IMG/VR virus record: IMGVR_UViG_3300027533_000015
Coordinates: 1-64,000 of that record
Source: a virus
Taxonomy: Duplodnaviria > Caudoviricetes
Length of the DNA: 64,000 nt
Strand: one strand, 5' to 3'
Shown one piece after another: positions 33,883 to 44,137 of this stretch (position 1 is its first letter; each line of letters starts with the position of its first letter). A model generated the notes under the pieces. That model made no database searches. It saw only the letters and a list, made by a program, of their open reading frames with translations, and was not told where the DNA came from. The translations under genes and the position numbers were made by a program.

Positions 33883-36290
33883 TGAACACCAAGTATCTTA
33901 ACAATAAACAGAGGATAAGTCAGAGAAAGAAAGATGCAAATGATAAACAGTGGTATAAGGATCAGGCAAACCTGTTAGATACTAAATCCTTTAATGGTAC
34001 AAATTTCATGGCCTTTAGTGGCCTCTCAGAATATAAGCGCAAGAAAGTCAACTATGACTTATTCAATAACATCATAGACATACAGGATTTCACTTATGTA
34101 TGTCAGCCCTTTGGTTCAGAGGTAGGAGACCTGCCAGCTAATTTTACCAATAGGGATATAGTTTCAGGAAAGATAAAGGTTCTAATGGGCATGGAGATGA
34201 AGATGCCTTTCTCATGGAAGGTAGTAGCTGTCAATGAAGATGCTACTACCAGAAGGGAGCAGAAGGAAACTGAATTGCTGAAGGATTATGTGATAGGAGA
34301 GGTGATGAGGCCAATCAAGGAGCAGATAGAACAACAGACAATGGCCCAGACAAAGGGAAGAAAGCTAACTCCTGAAGAAGAGCAATCCCTGCAACAGCAA
34401 ATAGCAGAAGAGACTAAGGCACAGACTCCTGATGAAGTAAGAAAGTACATGGTAAGGGATCACCAAGACCCTGCTGAAGCCATGACTCATCAAATACTGG
34501 AGTACCTCATCCTCAAGGAGAAAGTGGCAGAGAAGTTTAACAAGGGCTGTAAACACTCCCTGATAGCCGGAGAGGAGATATACTGGGTAGGCATTCTTAA
34601 TGGTGAACCTTGTCTTAAAGTTATCAATCCCTTATTCTTTGACTATGATAAATCTCCTGACCTTGATTATATCGAAGATGGAGAATGGGCAGTATATGAA
34701 TACAGGCTCTCTCCTTCAGAAGTGGTAGCCAGCTTTGGTTCTGAACTGACAGAGGATGATATTGATAAAATCTACACCTATCATCATAATCCCGGAGCTG
34801 CTCTCAGGGATGCAGAATTCACTTTCAATGAAGATTATAATGATCCTTATACCATAAGAGTAGTCCATGCTACATGGAAGTCTCTGCGCAAAACTGGATT
34901 CTTAACCTATAGGGACAAGTATGGAAAAGAGCAGATGAAGCTGGTAGATGAGAATTACAAGTTAAATGAGATGGCAGGGGATATCAAAATTGAATGGGAA
35001 TGGATACCTGAAACTCATGAGTGCTATAAGATCATGAGTGATATTTTCGTCTATGCAAGAGCAGTCCCAGGTCAGCATAAAGACCTTGATAACTTATACA
35101 AGTGCAAGCTTCCCTACTGTGGTGCAACTACAGACAATCTCAACTCTCCTGTCACCTCTGCAATGGACAGGATGAAGGGATATCAATACTTCTACGATGT
35201 TATTCTCTACAGGGTTGAATTAATGATGGCCTCAGACAAAGGAAAGAAGCTGGCCATGAACCTGAACAGTATCCCCAAGTCTGCTGGCATTGATATCAAT
35301 AAGTGGACTTACTTCTTTGAGGCCAACTCTATTGCATGGCTCAATCCTAATGAGGAGGGCAACAGGGGAGGAGGAGATGTCACCAACATGGTCAAAGAAA
35401 TTGACATGAGCCTTGCCTCCAGCATTGATCAGTACATCAAATTTGCAGAATATATTGAGCATAAATGTGGAACAAGCATTGGGGTTACTCAGCAAATGGA
35501 GGCACAGATTGGCCCTAATGAAGCAGTATCCAACACCAGACAAAATCTTATTCAATCCTCACATATCATTCAACCTTACTTTGAGCTGCACAACTCTGTC
35601 AAGGGCAATGTTCTTGAGAGATTAGTGGAGACAGCAAAGGTAGCTTATGCTGGTTCTAAGCCACGCAAACTGGTCTATATCCTTGATGATATGACCTATA
35701 AGATGATTACTATTGATCCTGATCTGCTGGATTCATCCACTTATGGCCTGTTTATCTCCAACTCTTCCAAAGCTGCTGATGCTAAAAGAGCAGTGGAAGG
35801 ATTGGCTCAGGCTGCAATGCAGAACCAACAGGCTGATCTTGCTGACATCATCAAGGTTATCAGATCTGAATCCATCACTGAAGCTGAAGACTTACTGGAA
35901 GTTGCACAGACTCGTAAAGCTGAAGAAGCCCAAGCTTCTGAACAGAGAAGAATTGAAGCTGAACAGCAGGCAAGACAGGCTATTTCAGCAGAGAAACAAC
36001 TGGACAGGGATCATGATATTAAGGTTATCGTTACTAAGGAAGAAGAAAGAAGAAAGACTGTCATTCAACAGCAAACTATTCTCTCAATGGGCTTCAATGA
36101 AGATAAAGATATGGACAAGGATACTGAACCTGATATACTGGAAGTTGCTAAATATGGAGTTGATGCTGAGATCAGGCAGAGGGAATTAAGCCTGAAGGAG
36201 GAAGAGTTCCGTCATCAGAAAAATGTGGATAAAGAGAAACTTAAGATTGAAGATAAAAAGGCTTCTAAACAGTTAGCACCAGCCAAATAA
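33882..36290 (+). CDS. Portal protein
   Basis: 802 aa directly after TerL; NYDLFN, KLPY.G, GVTQQMEAQI features of crAss-type portals. Confidence 0.9.
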   Translation: MNTKYLNNKQRISQRKKDANDKQWYKDQANLLDTKSFNGTNFMAFSGLSEYKRKKVNYDLFNNIIDIQDFTYVCQPFGSEVGDLPANFTNRDIVSGKIKVLMGMEMKMPFSWKVVAVNEDATTRREQKETELLKDYVIGEVMRPIKEQIEQQTMAQTKGRKLTPEEEQSLQQQIAEETKAQTPDEVRKYMVRDHQDPAEAMTHQILEYLILKEKVAEKFNKGCKHSLIAGEEIYWVGILNGEPCLKVINPLFFDYDKSPDLDYIEDGEWAVYEYRLSPSEVVASFGSELTEDDIDKIYTYHHNPGAALRDAEFTFNEDYNDPYTIRVVHATWKSLRKTGFLTYRDKYGKEQMKLVDENYKLNEMAGDIKIEWEWIPETHECYKIMSDIFVYARAVPGQHKDLDNLYKCKLPYCGATTDNLNSPVTSAMDRMKGYQYFYDVILYRVELMMASDKGKKLAMNLNSIPKSAGIDINKWTYFFEANSIAWLNPNEEGNRGGGDVTNMVKEIDMSLASSIDQYIKFAEYIEHKCGTSIGVTQQMEAQIGPNEAVSNTRQNLIQSSHIIQPYFELHNSVKGNVLERLVETAKVAYAGSKPRKLVYILDDMTYKMITIDPDLLDSSTYGLFISNSSKAADAKRAVEGLAQAAMQNQQADLADIIKVIRSESITEAEDLLEVAQTRKAEEAQASEQRRIEAEQQARQAISAEKQLDRDHDIKVIVTKEEERRKTVIQQQTILSMGFNEDKDMDKDTEPDILEVAKYGVDAEIRQRELSLKEEEFRHQKNVDKEKLKIEDKKASKQLAPAK

Positions 36291-36373
36291 AAAAGCTATT
36301 AAGCAACTTTCTAAAAAGTACAGTTTTAAACTGTAATAAATTCAACTTTCAAACTTTAAATTTACACAGGATT

Positions 36374-37774
36374 ATGGCAAAGACAAACACAGCATCAAAT
36401 CCTTTGGCAGGTTTTGGATTTGATGGAGATTCTGAAGACTTCTTCGGAATTACCTCGGAAAAACTTGAATCTCAGACAAGTAAGACAATCAAAGAAGTAA
36501 AGAAATCTCCCGCAGAATTAGAGAATGAAGAAGATGATGACCTTGGAGATTCTACAAACTTTGATGAAGCAAAGCCCAAAAAGAAATCAAAGGGGTCAGA
36601 TGAAGAGGAAGATGACCTTGACCCTGAGAACATGGAGTTTTTCACTGACAAGCCTGCACCTCCTAAGAAGAAATCAGTAAAAGCTCAGGATGATGAAGAA
36701 GAGGAAGAAGAGGTCACTACAAAGAAAACTCCTAAGAAGGCAGGTAAAAAAAAGGATGAGGAAGAAGAAGAAGAACCTGATCCAGATGATGATGATGAGG
36801 ATGATGCAGTAGTGAAGAAGAAGAAGCCGGCTAAAACTGATGAGCAGGAAGAAGCCGAAGATGAAGAGCAGCTTGAGAAGGATAAGGAGTTCTACACTAC
36901 ATTGGCACTGGAGCTGAAAGAAAAAGGAATACTTGAACACATTGAGATAAAGAAGGGTACAAAGCTCACTGAAGACCAGTTCTTTGAATTACAAGCAATA
37001 GAAGTTGATGAAAGATTTCAGGAAGCTCTTGAAGGCTTTGCCAAAGACCTTGATCAGGATGGAAAGGATTTCCTGAAATTTAAAAAGGATGGTGGCAGAA
37101 CCTCAGACTTTACTGCTGTCTATGTCACTGGTACTCTTGGCCTTGATAAATTTGATAGTAGCAAGCCTGAACAGGTTGATGCTGTTATCAATCACTATCT
37201 CACCAAGTATGAAAAAATGACTGGTGATGACCTTGAGGACAGGAAGGAATTCATCAAGGACAAAGGACAGGAGAAGATCAAGTCTGAAGCATGGTATGAT
37301 AAGATCAAAGCTGCTGAAGCAAAAGATAAAGAGGCTTTGATGAAAGCACAGGAGAAGGCTAGTAAGCAGAGAGAGGCTGATGCAAGGGATTTTGAAGAGG
37401 ACTTTACTAAGGTGCTTGATAAAACTGAAGCAGTAGGTATGTTTCCTATTGGTAAAGCTGAGAGGAAAGAACTCAACAGCTACATCAACAGGGCAACAGT
37501 GAAGGTAGGGCCTAACAGGTATGTTCCTCCTGTGAATGCAGAACTATCAAGGATACTAAGAGCAGAAACAGAAAAGGATAAGCAGGATTTAATCATCCTT
37601 GCCAAACTCCTCAAAAATAACTTTAAGGTAGACGATGACTTGATAACTGAGATTGAAACCAAGGTTACCAAAAAAGCAAAGTCTAAATTACAGGAAGCTA
37701 AAAAAGGAGTTAAGCCAACCTCTTCAGGATCATATACTAAGAGATCAATGGCAGACTACTTTGAAGAAGGTTAA
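36374..37774 (+). CDS. Acidic scaffold-like protein
   Basis: Long D/E/K-rich disordered N-terminal half; between portal and major capsid gene. Confidence 0.7.
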   Translation: MAKTNTASNPLAGFGFDGDSEDFFGITSEKLESQTSKTIKEVKKSPAELENEEDDDLGDSTNFDEAKPKKKSKGSDEEEDDLDPENMEFFTDKPAPPKKKSVKAQDDEEEEEEVTTKKTPKKAGKKKDEEEEEEPDPDDDDEDDAVVKKKKPAKTDEQEEAEDEEQLEKDKEFYTTLALELKEKGILEHIEIKKGTKLTEDQFFELQAIEVDERFQEALEGFAKDLDQDGKDFLKFKKDGGRTSDFTAVYVTGTLGLDKFDSSKPEQVDAVINHYLTKYEKMTGDDLEDRKEFIKDKGQEKIKSEAWYDKIKAAEAKDKEALMKAQEKASKQREADARDFEEDFTKVLDKTEAVGMFPIGKAERKELNSYINRATVKVGPNRYVPPVNAELSRILRAETEKDKQDLIILAKLLKNNFKVDDDLITEIETKVTKKAKSKLQEAKKGVKPTSSGSYTKRSMADYFEEG

Positions 37775-37805
37775 GTAATTTAAAATAAAACAAAAACTTG
37801 TTACA

Positions 37806-39263
37806 ATGGCAAGACTATTAAACAGATTAATCACTAAGCAAATGCCTTGGCATGCTAATATGACGGAGCTGAACCACCTTGGTGCAGCTTTACTCATTAA
37901 GCCAACAGTGTTTGAACCCAAGATGACACAGTTGTTCACATCTGAGAGATACTCAGATAACCCCCTGACAACTATGCTGGCTGGCAAACAACAAAAGACA
38001 ATCAATACCACTGTTTGGGAGTGGACAATGAAGGGTGCAAACACCAGACCATTGATAGTGATTGAGAATGTTGAACCATCTGCCAATTTAACTCCGGGAA
38101 GATTTAAACAGACCTTCAAGCTGAAGCTTGATGAAGACTGGTATGTTCCCGGTGATATTCTCCATCCTGGGTCAAGTAATAAAAAATGGCAGGTAAGGGT
38201 TGTAACACAATCCTTCAAACATGGTAAGGGCTTCATTTATGAAGTAAGAGGTATGTGGGATGATCCTACAGTTTCCTTACCTATCAAGTATCTTGCTGCC
38301 AATCAGCAATGGGCCAAGCTTTACTCTCAATATGAGGAAGCTGCTGAACAATCTGGTTCTACTCAGTACAGCCTGCCTATTGCTTTGCAAAACAGGATGT
38401 CCCGTTTCAGGAAGAAATACAGGGTAACTGGTGATGCTGCCAATGAAGTGCTGGCTATCAAGATACAGGATAGCAAAGGCAGGTGGCATGATTCATGGGT
38501 AAAATATGCTGAAGTTGAATACTGGGAACAGTGGTACAGGGAGATTGAAAGAGGCTACTGGTATTCCCGCAGCACTGACACTGTGCTTGGTGCCAATGGC
38601 AGACCTATTTATTCTGGCCCCGGTGTTCAGGAACAACTGGAAGACTCCCACCAACACTTTTATTCTCACCTGTCTGCCCCCTTAATAGAAGAATACCTGA
38701 TGGATATCTTCTACAGCAGGGTAAAACCCGGAGCTACAAGAAAAATTAAAGGCTTCAGTGGTGAGTATGGAATGATCCAATTCCACAGGGCTATACAATC
38801 ATGGTCTGAAAAGAGAAGGGGCTTTATACAAGTGGTTGATAAAGTTCTCATTGACAAGACAACATCAGCCTACCATGAGAATGCCCTTGTTGCCGGCTTC
38901 CAATTTGTAAGATATCGCATGGCTAATGGTGCTGAACTGGAACTGGTTCACAACCCTCTTTATGATGACAGGGAAATCAATTTTGAGATTGATCCTGTGA
39001 CAGGTTATCCTGTTGAATCTCAAAGAATCACCTTCCTTGATTTCAATGGCAAGGGTGAAATGGGCACCAATGTCCAGCTTGTTGATAGGGCTAACAGCTT
39101 CAAGCTTGGCTATGTACATGGTTTGCATACTCCTTATGGGCCTGTGAACAAAGGTTCTATGGCACACTCAGGTGACTATTATGAAATGCATGTGCAAAAA
39201 CAGTGTGGTGTCCACATTGAAGATGTGACAAGATGTGGTGAACTCATCCTGTCCCGTAACTAA
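37806..39263 (+). CDS. Major capsid protein (crAss type)
   Basis: G.PI..G.G..EQ, PLYDD, DP.TGYP.ES...TFLD, C-terminal D.TRCGELI. Confidence 0.92.
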   Translation: MARLLNRLITKQMPWHANMTELNHLGAALLIKPTVFEPKMTQLFTSERYSDNPLTTMLAGKQQKTINTTVWEWTMKGANTRPLIVIENVEPSANLTPGRFKQTFKLKLDEDWYVPGDILHPGSSNKKWQVRVVTQSFKHGKGFIYEVRGMWDDPTVSLPIKYLAANQQWAKLYSQYEEAAEQSGSTQYSLPIALQNRMSRFRKKYRVTGDAANEVLAIKIQDSKGRWHDSWVKYAEVEYWEQWYREIERGYWYSRSTDTVLGANGRPIYSGPGVQEQLEDSHQHFYSHLSAPLIEEYLMDIFYSRVKPGATRKIKGFSGEYGMIQFHRAIQSWSEKRRGFIQVVDKVLIDKTTSAYHENALVAGFQFVRYRMANGAELELVHNPLYDDREINFEIDPVTGYPVESQRITFLDFNGKGEMGTNVQLVDRANSFKLGYVHGLHTPYGPVNKGSMAHSGDYYEMHVQKQCGVHIEDVTRCGELILSRN

Positions 39264-39298
39264 AGTTTATGTTTTCATTGCTTTGATATATCCTCCGA

Positions 39299-39331
39299 GG
39301 GGTGGAGGAGACTAGCCTCCACCTTCTTTTT
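39299..39331 (+). terminator. Intrinsic terminator after the major capsid gene
   Basis: GGTGGAGG-AGACTAG-CCTCCACC-TTCTTTTT. Confidence 0.8.
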
Positions 39332-39375
39332 AATACTAAGATCAACACATTTATTAACGACAAAAACGAAATTTT

Positions 39376-40296
39376 ATGGCACTAGCAGATGAGATCACAG
39401 ATTTTGATCAGGTAGCTGAAGCAAGACCAAGACAATCACAGATTATTTCAACAACAATGCCTGCACAGATACCTGATCCCGCAGCAATAAAAGTTGAAGT
39501 AAGACCACTGGACAGGAAATCATGGCATGGCAAGAAAGGGAAAGAGTCCTTTGCACAGCCAAAAGCAGTTGAAGCTCTTTATGAACATACAACTGGTAAA
39601 TATGCTACAGGCTTAACTGAAGACGAGGCCATCAAATATGGAAAATTAATAGGAGCAGATTTATCTGATACCTTTAATCCAAGTGAACCCCATCCTTACT
39701 ACAGCACTAAGCCGGGAACAGTGATGTTGCAGAATCACACAATGATCTTTGACATAAGCAAACCTGCTGAGTATGTGAAGGTGAAGCTGATGAAGGCTAA
39801 CAAGCTGGTGGCAAACTCCATGAAGGAGTATGAAGAAGGTAAGTGGCCTGATGCTACCCATGTGATTTTTGATGAGGAAGAAGAAGTATCATCCAAGGCT
39901 AATAAAGTCCAGCTTCGCAGAAAAGCAAGTGCCATGCTCCTTGAAATGAGTGATGATTCCAAGGCTAATATCATCCAGATACTATCCAAGAAATCAGTGA
40001 AGGGCAGAAGTGGTAATTTCATTGATGTGGAAATTGATGCCATCATCCAGAACAATGAACCTAACCAGCCCGGAATACTTGAATTCACAGAACTGGTGAG
40101 CATGGGCAGGGAAGAAGTGGCAGTAAGGGCATCAGTACTCAACCTGCTTCAAAGAGATATATTGACCAAGGAGGCAGGAAGTATCTATTACATGGGAGAA
40201 CTGATAGGAATTGATTATGAGGCAGCAGTGGAATGGTTCAAGAGTCCCAGTAATGCAAAATTGAAAGTGGCTATCCTTGAAAGAGGAAATAAATAA
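39376..40296 (+). CDS. Conserved crAss structural-module protein (gene after the major capsid gene)
   Basis: Synteny; TGL..D, VANS motifs. Confidence 0.7.
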   Translation: MALADEITDFDQVAEARPRQSQIISTTMPAQIPDPAAIKVEVRPLDRKSWHGKKGKESFAQPKAVEALYEHTTGKYATGLTEDEAIKYGKLIGADLSDTFNPSEPHPYYSTKPGTVMLQNHTMIFDISKPAEYVKVKLMKANKLVANSMKEYEEGKWPDATHVIFDEEEEVSSKANKVQLRRKASAMLLEMSDDSKANIIQILSKKSVKGRSGNFIDVEIDAIIQNNEPNQPGILEFTELVSMGREEVAVRASVLNLLQRDILTKEAGSIYYMGELIGIDYEAAVEWFKSPSNAKLKVAILERGNK

Positions 40297-40302
40297 GCTG
40301 GC

Positions 40303-41022
40303 ATGACATCAAAGGAAATGCATTATGATCTCAAGCAGAAACTCAATAAGATTGATAGTCAGAAATACAGGAATTTATATGTACCTGAAATAGACTGGAA
40401 ATTGAATGAGGCACAGGAGGTATTTGTAAAGATCATAGCACAACCCAGATATGGAAAACAGATAGGCTTTGAACTGAACCAGAGAACTATTAATGACATA
40501 AGAACAATAGTAGTAGACCAGATACCTGCTACTGGAATAGTTCCAACAGTATTTGACAGCAGTTCTTTCATGGCAACATTGCCAGCAGATTTTTGGTTCT
40601 TGGCAAAGGCTTATGCACTGGGGACAAAAGGGACATGTATAGACAAAGTCCTCAAGCTCAGAGAGGTTCAGCATGATGATGAACATGAACTCTCTCCATT
40701 TGACAGAAGTTCTTTTATATGGCGGGTCTCAAATATGAGGTTCAATGATCAAGGTATCAGGGTCTTTACTGATGGTACTTACAGCATCACTAAGGTCATA
40801 CTTGAATACCTCAAAGAACCAAGAAGGATACACAATGCTGCTGATTGGCCAGGAGGGACTTACACTACATTAGATGGTGTAGTTCTCACAGGTACACAGG
40901 ATTGTATATTACCAAAGCCAGTACACAGGGAAATAGTTGACTTAGCTGTACTGATCATATCCGGAAACCTGAATATGCCTGACAGACAGGCTAAGAAAGA
41001 AGGAGTAGAATTGACACAGTAA
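40303..41022 (+). CDS. Tail ring/head-tail connector protein
   Basis: EIDW.LN.AQ, FE..QR...D...V, YLK.P, H.EIVD.AV. Confidence 0.75.
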   Translation: MTSKEMHYDLKQKLNKIDSQKYRNLYVPEIDWKLNEAQEVFVKIIAQPRYGKQIGFELNQRTINDIRTIVVDQIPATGIVPTVFDSSSFMATLPADFWFLAKAYALGTKGTCIDKVLKLREVQHDDEHELSPFDRSSFIWRVSNMRFNDQGIRVFTDGTYSITKVILEYLKEPRRIHNAADWPGGTYTTLDGVVLTGTQDCILPKPVHREIVDLAVLIISGNLNMPDRQAKKEGVELTQ

Positions 41023-41052
41023 TAATAATTTATATCTTAAATATTCAAAAAA

Positions 41053-42510
41053 ATGGCAACAACAAACCCTGTTTCACAAGTATTAGTTACTTCTGGTAAT
41101 GCTGCACTATTAGCTGCTGGTGCAAGACCTAATACACTAGCAGTAGGTCAGCTTGGAGTATTTAATTTTCATACAGGATTATCAGTTGATGGTTCTGTGG
41201 CCACTGATTGCAGAGACATATACCTTGCTGTAGGTGTTGATCCCGGTGCTGTAGGTTCTATACAGGACATCAAGACATCAGCAGGTCAGGTAATCCAGAA
41301 CCGCAATGTGAAAGCCCTCACCTACAGGGGTACTGTAGCTGACATTGCCAAAGTGGTGGATATCATGGGTATCACTGCAAGATGTGAGGAGGACTATGTG
41401 GTAAAAATTGAAATCCGCAATGGTCAGGTATATATTGAAAGTGGCTTCAACCAGTTCACCAAGTCTTACAATGCAAGAACAGGATGTTGTGCAGATGCCT
41501 GTGAGGATTGTGGTACTGGTGATCCTAATGAGATTGCAGAACAAATTGTCAACCAGATCAATGCTGATCCTGATGGTATGCTTACTGCCAGTTATGTTGT
41601 CAACAAGATAACTGCTACAGTAGCAGCAGGTCCTACTGCCACAGCAGATGCAGTGATTACCATAGGCACTACTGCCTACACAGTGCCAGTGACCACTGGT
41701 GATACTGTGACAATAGCTGCTGGCAAGATTGTCACCAAGATCAATACACAGACTGGTTCTCCTTACAGGGCTACCAATGCAGCAGGTGTGATTAGCATCT
41801 ATCCTGTGACCTCTGTTTCAGGTTCAACTGAAACCTTGGTTTACACCACTCCTGTAACTGGTATGACTATCACTCCAATTGTTGCAGCTACCAAGACCAC
41901 TATTGCTGCTGGTGCTGCCTTTGATACCTTCCAGTCCACTTATGTGGGAGCAGGTGCCGGCATCAGGATTACAGGTGTGCCAATGGCTATCAATGGCTAT
42001 AATGGCTCTATCAACCTGAAATATGTAAAGAATCGCAATATTGACTTTATTGTTTCCCTGCCTGTTGGTTTTGAATGCAGTGGTACAGTTACAGTAGTAA
42101 CTGAAGCTGCAAACAGTGAAGGCAGTGGCTATGATATCCGCCAACTGGAATACATGTCAGGAGGCACAAATGGTCAACCTGGCCCTTACAGGACTTCTGC
42201 AGTGCATGGTCTTGAAAGAAATGGTGGTACAATTTATTATGCTACTCCGGGTGCCAATTACAACACTGTGATCCTTGCCTATGATCAGGCAAGTGTGGGA
42301 GGATGGCTTGAATACCTGAATAATCTTGAAACTATCATAGCTGTGCCTTGTGCTGATACAGTCACAACAACTTCAATAGGAGCATTCTTTGCCCTGATCT
42401 TCACACAATTTGGGACATTTGCTGATGACATTGCTGCTAATGATGGTTGTACAAATGTGGCTACTACAACACTGGTTGCTGCTACAGATGGAATAGAAAG
42501 TTTGTCTTAA
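41053..42510 (+). CDS. Virion structural protein (auxiliary capsid-like)
   Basis: Third gene after the major capsid gene; own terminator; EG.G..I..LEY motif. Confidence 0.65.
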   Translation: MATTNPVSQVLVTSGNAALLAAGARPNTLAVGQLGVFNFHTGLSVDGSVATDCRDIYLAVGVDPGAVGSIQDIKTSAGQVIQNRNVKALTYRGTVADIAKVVDIMGITARCEEDYVVKIEIRNGQVYIESGFNQFTKSYNARTGCCADACEDCGTGDPNEIAEQIVNQINADPDGMLTASYVVNKITATVAAGPTATADAVITIGTTAYTVPVTTGDTVTIAAGKIVTKINTQTGSPYRATNAAGVISIYPVTSVSGSTETLVYTTPVTGMTITPIVAATKTTIAAGAAFDTFQSTYVGAGAGIRITGVPMAINGYNGSINLKYVKNRNIDFIVSLPVGFECSGTVTVVTEAANSEGSGYDIRQLEYMSGGTNGQPGPYRTSAVHGLERNGGTIYYATPGANYNTVILAYDQASVGGWLEYLNNLETIIAVPCADTVTTTSIGAFFALIFTQFGTFADDIAANDGCTNVATTTLVAATDGIESLS

Positions 42511-42537
42511 TAATGTGTATATCTTAATTGATCTGAG

Positions 42538-42566
42538 AGGGGCAGTTTCCACTGCCCTTACTTTTA
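42538..42566 (+). terminator. Intrinsic terminator
   Basis: GGGCAGT-TTCC-ACTGCCC-TTACTTTT. Confidence 0.7.
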
Positions 42567-42592
42567 TCTGACATTTTTAAACTTCTATTCTC

Positions 42593-43516
42593 ATGGTCAT
42601 ATTAAAGTATCATAACTATATTAAACTGACTGACTTTGCAGATGAACTAGAAGACTTCACCATAGAGAGCTTTATCCTGACTGGCAACATCAATTGCTGT
42701 AAGGAAAATTGTACTGATCAGGTCAGTACTTTTTCATTTGATCTCACTGCGGAAGCTACTTGGTCAGCAGATTTATCTGAAGCTGTAAATAAGCAGGAAA
42801 CATTATCTGAGATAGGTATCCAGTCCATCTTTAGTGTTAATCGCCAAGCTATTATTGTTGATGTTGACCTGTCTCCTGTCTTGGGCACATGTGGCACCAA
42901 TAACTGTACTTTGGAGAGTGTTGGCTTTGATCCTTCTTCCATGAAGACTGCTATTGATCAGTGGTTCTTAACTAACCTGTCCATTGTCACTGATGTTATC
43001 ATTACTTTCACTGGTGGCAATATCATGAATGTGGAGGGCATTCCTGACAACTATGTTATTACTGATGCCATGTATGGTACAGTTTTTCCCTACACCCCCA
43101 TTCCCTTTGGCCAGACTCTCCCTGCCAGCAATATTTACTACTTCAATACAGAGGAAGAGGCCATCTATGTCAAGCCTGAGTTCTTTAATGGAGCTACTGA
43201 GTTTGTTGATGGTATATATAAGTTTTCTATCAAATGGATAAAAGAGGGAGGAGAAGGTTATATTTATGAGGAAAACTGTGCCTTCATTGATATGACTACC
43301 AAGTGCAGGGTAGCTGGACTACTTGACAGTGCCTTGAAGGAGACTGAGGATGTGAATCTTGAGAAGATGGGCAGCACTGCTATTATGCTTCATTATGGTC
43401 TTGTCAATGGCTCAAACTGTGCCTGTAATTGTGATGGACTCTGTGAAGCTTTCAAAGGATTGATCAACATATTGGATACTGCTGACCCTAACTTAATTAA
43501 TGACTGTGGTTGCTAA
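42593..43516 (+). CDS. Tail hub-like Cys-rich structural protein
   Basis: DGIY.F....; C-terminal CACNC...DCGC. Confidence 0.55.
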   Translation: MVILKYHNYIKLTDFADELEDFTIESFILTGNINCCKENCTDQVSTFSFDLTAEATWSADLSEAVNKQETLSEIGIQSIFSVNRQAIIVDVDLSPVLGTCGTNNCTLESVGFDPSSMKTAIDQWFLTNLSIVTDVIITFTGGNIMNVEGIPDNYVITDAMYGTVFPYTPIPFGQTLPASNIYYFNTEEEAIYVKPEFFNGATEFVDGIYKFSIKWIKEGGEGYIYEENCAFIDMTTKCRVAGLLDSALKETEDVNLEKMGSTAIMLHYGLVNGSNCACNCDGLCEAFKGLINILDTADPNLINDCGC

Positions 43517-44123
43517 ATGTAATATAGTAGATGTGGTATTGAAAGACTTGGCAGAGCTGCAATATGGCTTTACCTGTCCCAGTGATAACACTAAGATTTT
43601 CATTGAAAACTATCTTGAATACCTGAACTGTGCTGACATTTATCATCATATTTGTTATCCTGCCCCACCTTGTGAAAAAGATCAGGCAGTTAATTTCACT
43701 TGTAACTTTAATCTGCTCAGTATATCAGCTACTTTAAATCCACCTGCTAACCCTGAAGCTGATATTATCTTTGATATTAAAGTCCTGAACTATGTGGGAG
43801 GAACATTGCCCTTCAAGTCTTATCTCTGGACTTTTGAGAGTGATGATTTTGAACTGGTAGGTGCTAATGGTCTCCCTGAAGTAAAATTGAAACTGAAAGA
43901 GGGTCAGGTATTGGAAACCATGACATCACTGATAGGAGTGACTATAGTGGATGCCAATGATTGTGAGGATGATATAAGCTGTTATCTTACTCCTGATGGT
44001 ATGCAGTGTGGATTTGCTTACCAGCCTTGTTTTGGGCCTGAAGGCTTAGTAGTGACAGCTCTTCTTCCTGTTGTATGCTCAAGACCTATGGGAATGATAG
44101 TGGCCTCTTATTTTGAACCATAA
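43500..44123 (+). CDS. Cys-rich structural protein with an Ig/PKD-like segment
   Basis: GGTLPF.SYLW...VTIVDANDC. Confidence 0.55.
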   Translation: MTVVAKCNIVDVVLKDLAELQYGFTCPSDNTKIFIENYLEYLNCADIYHHICYPAPPCEKDQAVNFTCNFNLLSISATLNPPANPEADIIFDIKVLNYVGGTLPFKSYLWTFESDDFELVGANGLPEVKLKLKEGQVLETMTSLIGVTIVDANDCEDDISCYLTPDGMQCGFAYQPCFGPEGLVVTALLPVVCSRPMGMIVASYFEP

Positions 44124-44137
44124 TAAACTATTCAACA

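Noticed and set aside
36500-36900. GAA/GAT/AAG-rich repetitive DNA
   Set aside because: Explained by the D/E/K low-complexity region of the scaffold-like protein.
8401-39263. Introns or inteins in PolA, TerL, portal or the major capsid gene
   Set aside because: The ORFs are continuous, of ordinary length, and show no intein or homing-endonuclease motifs.
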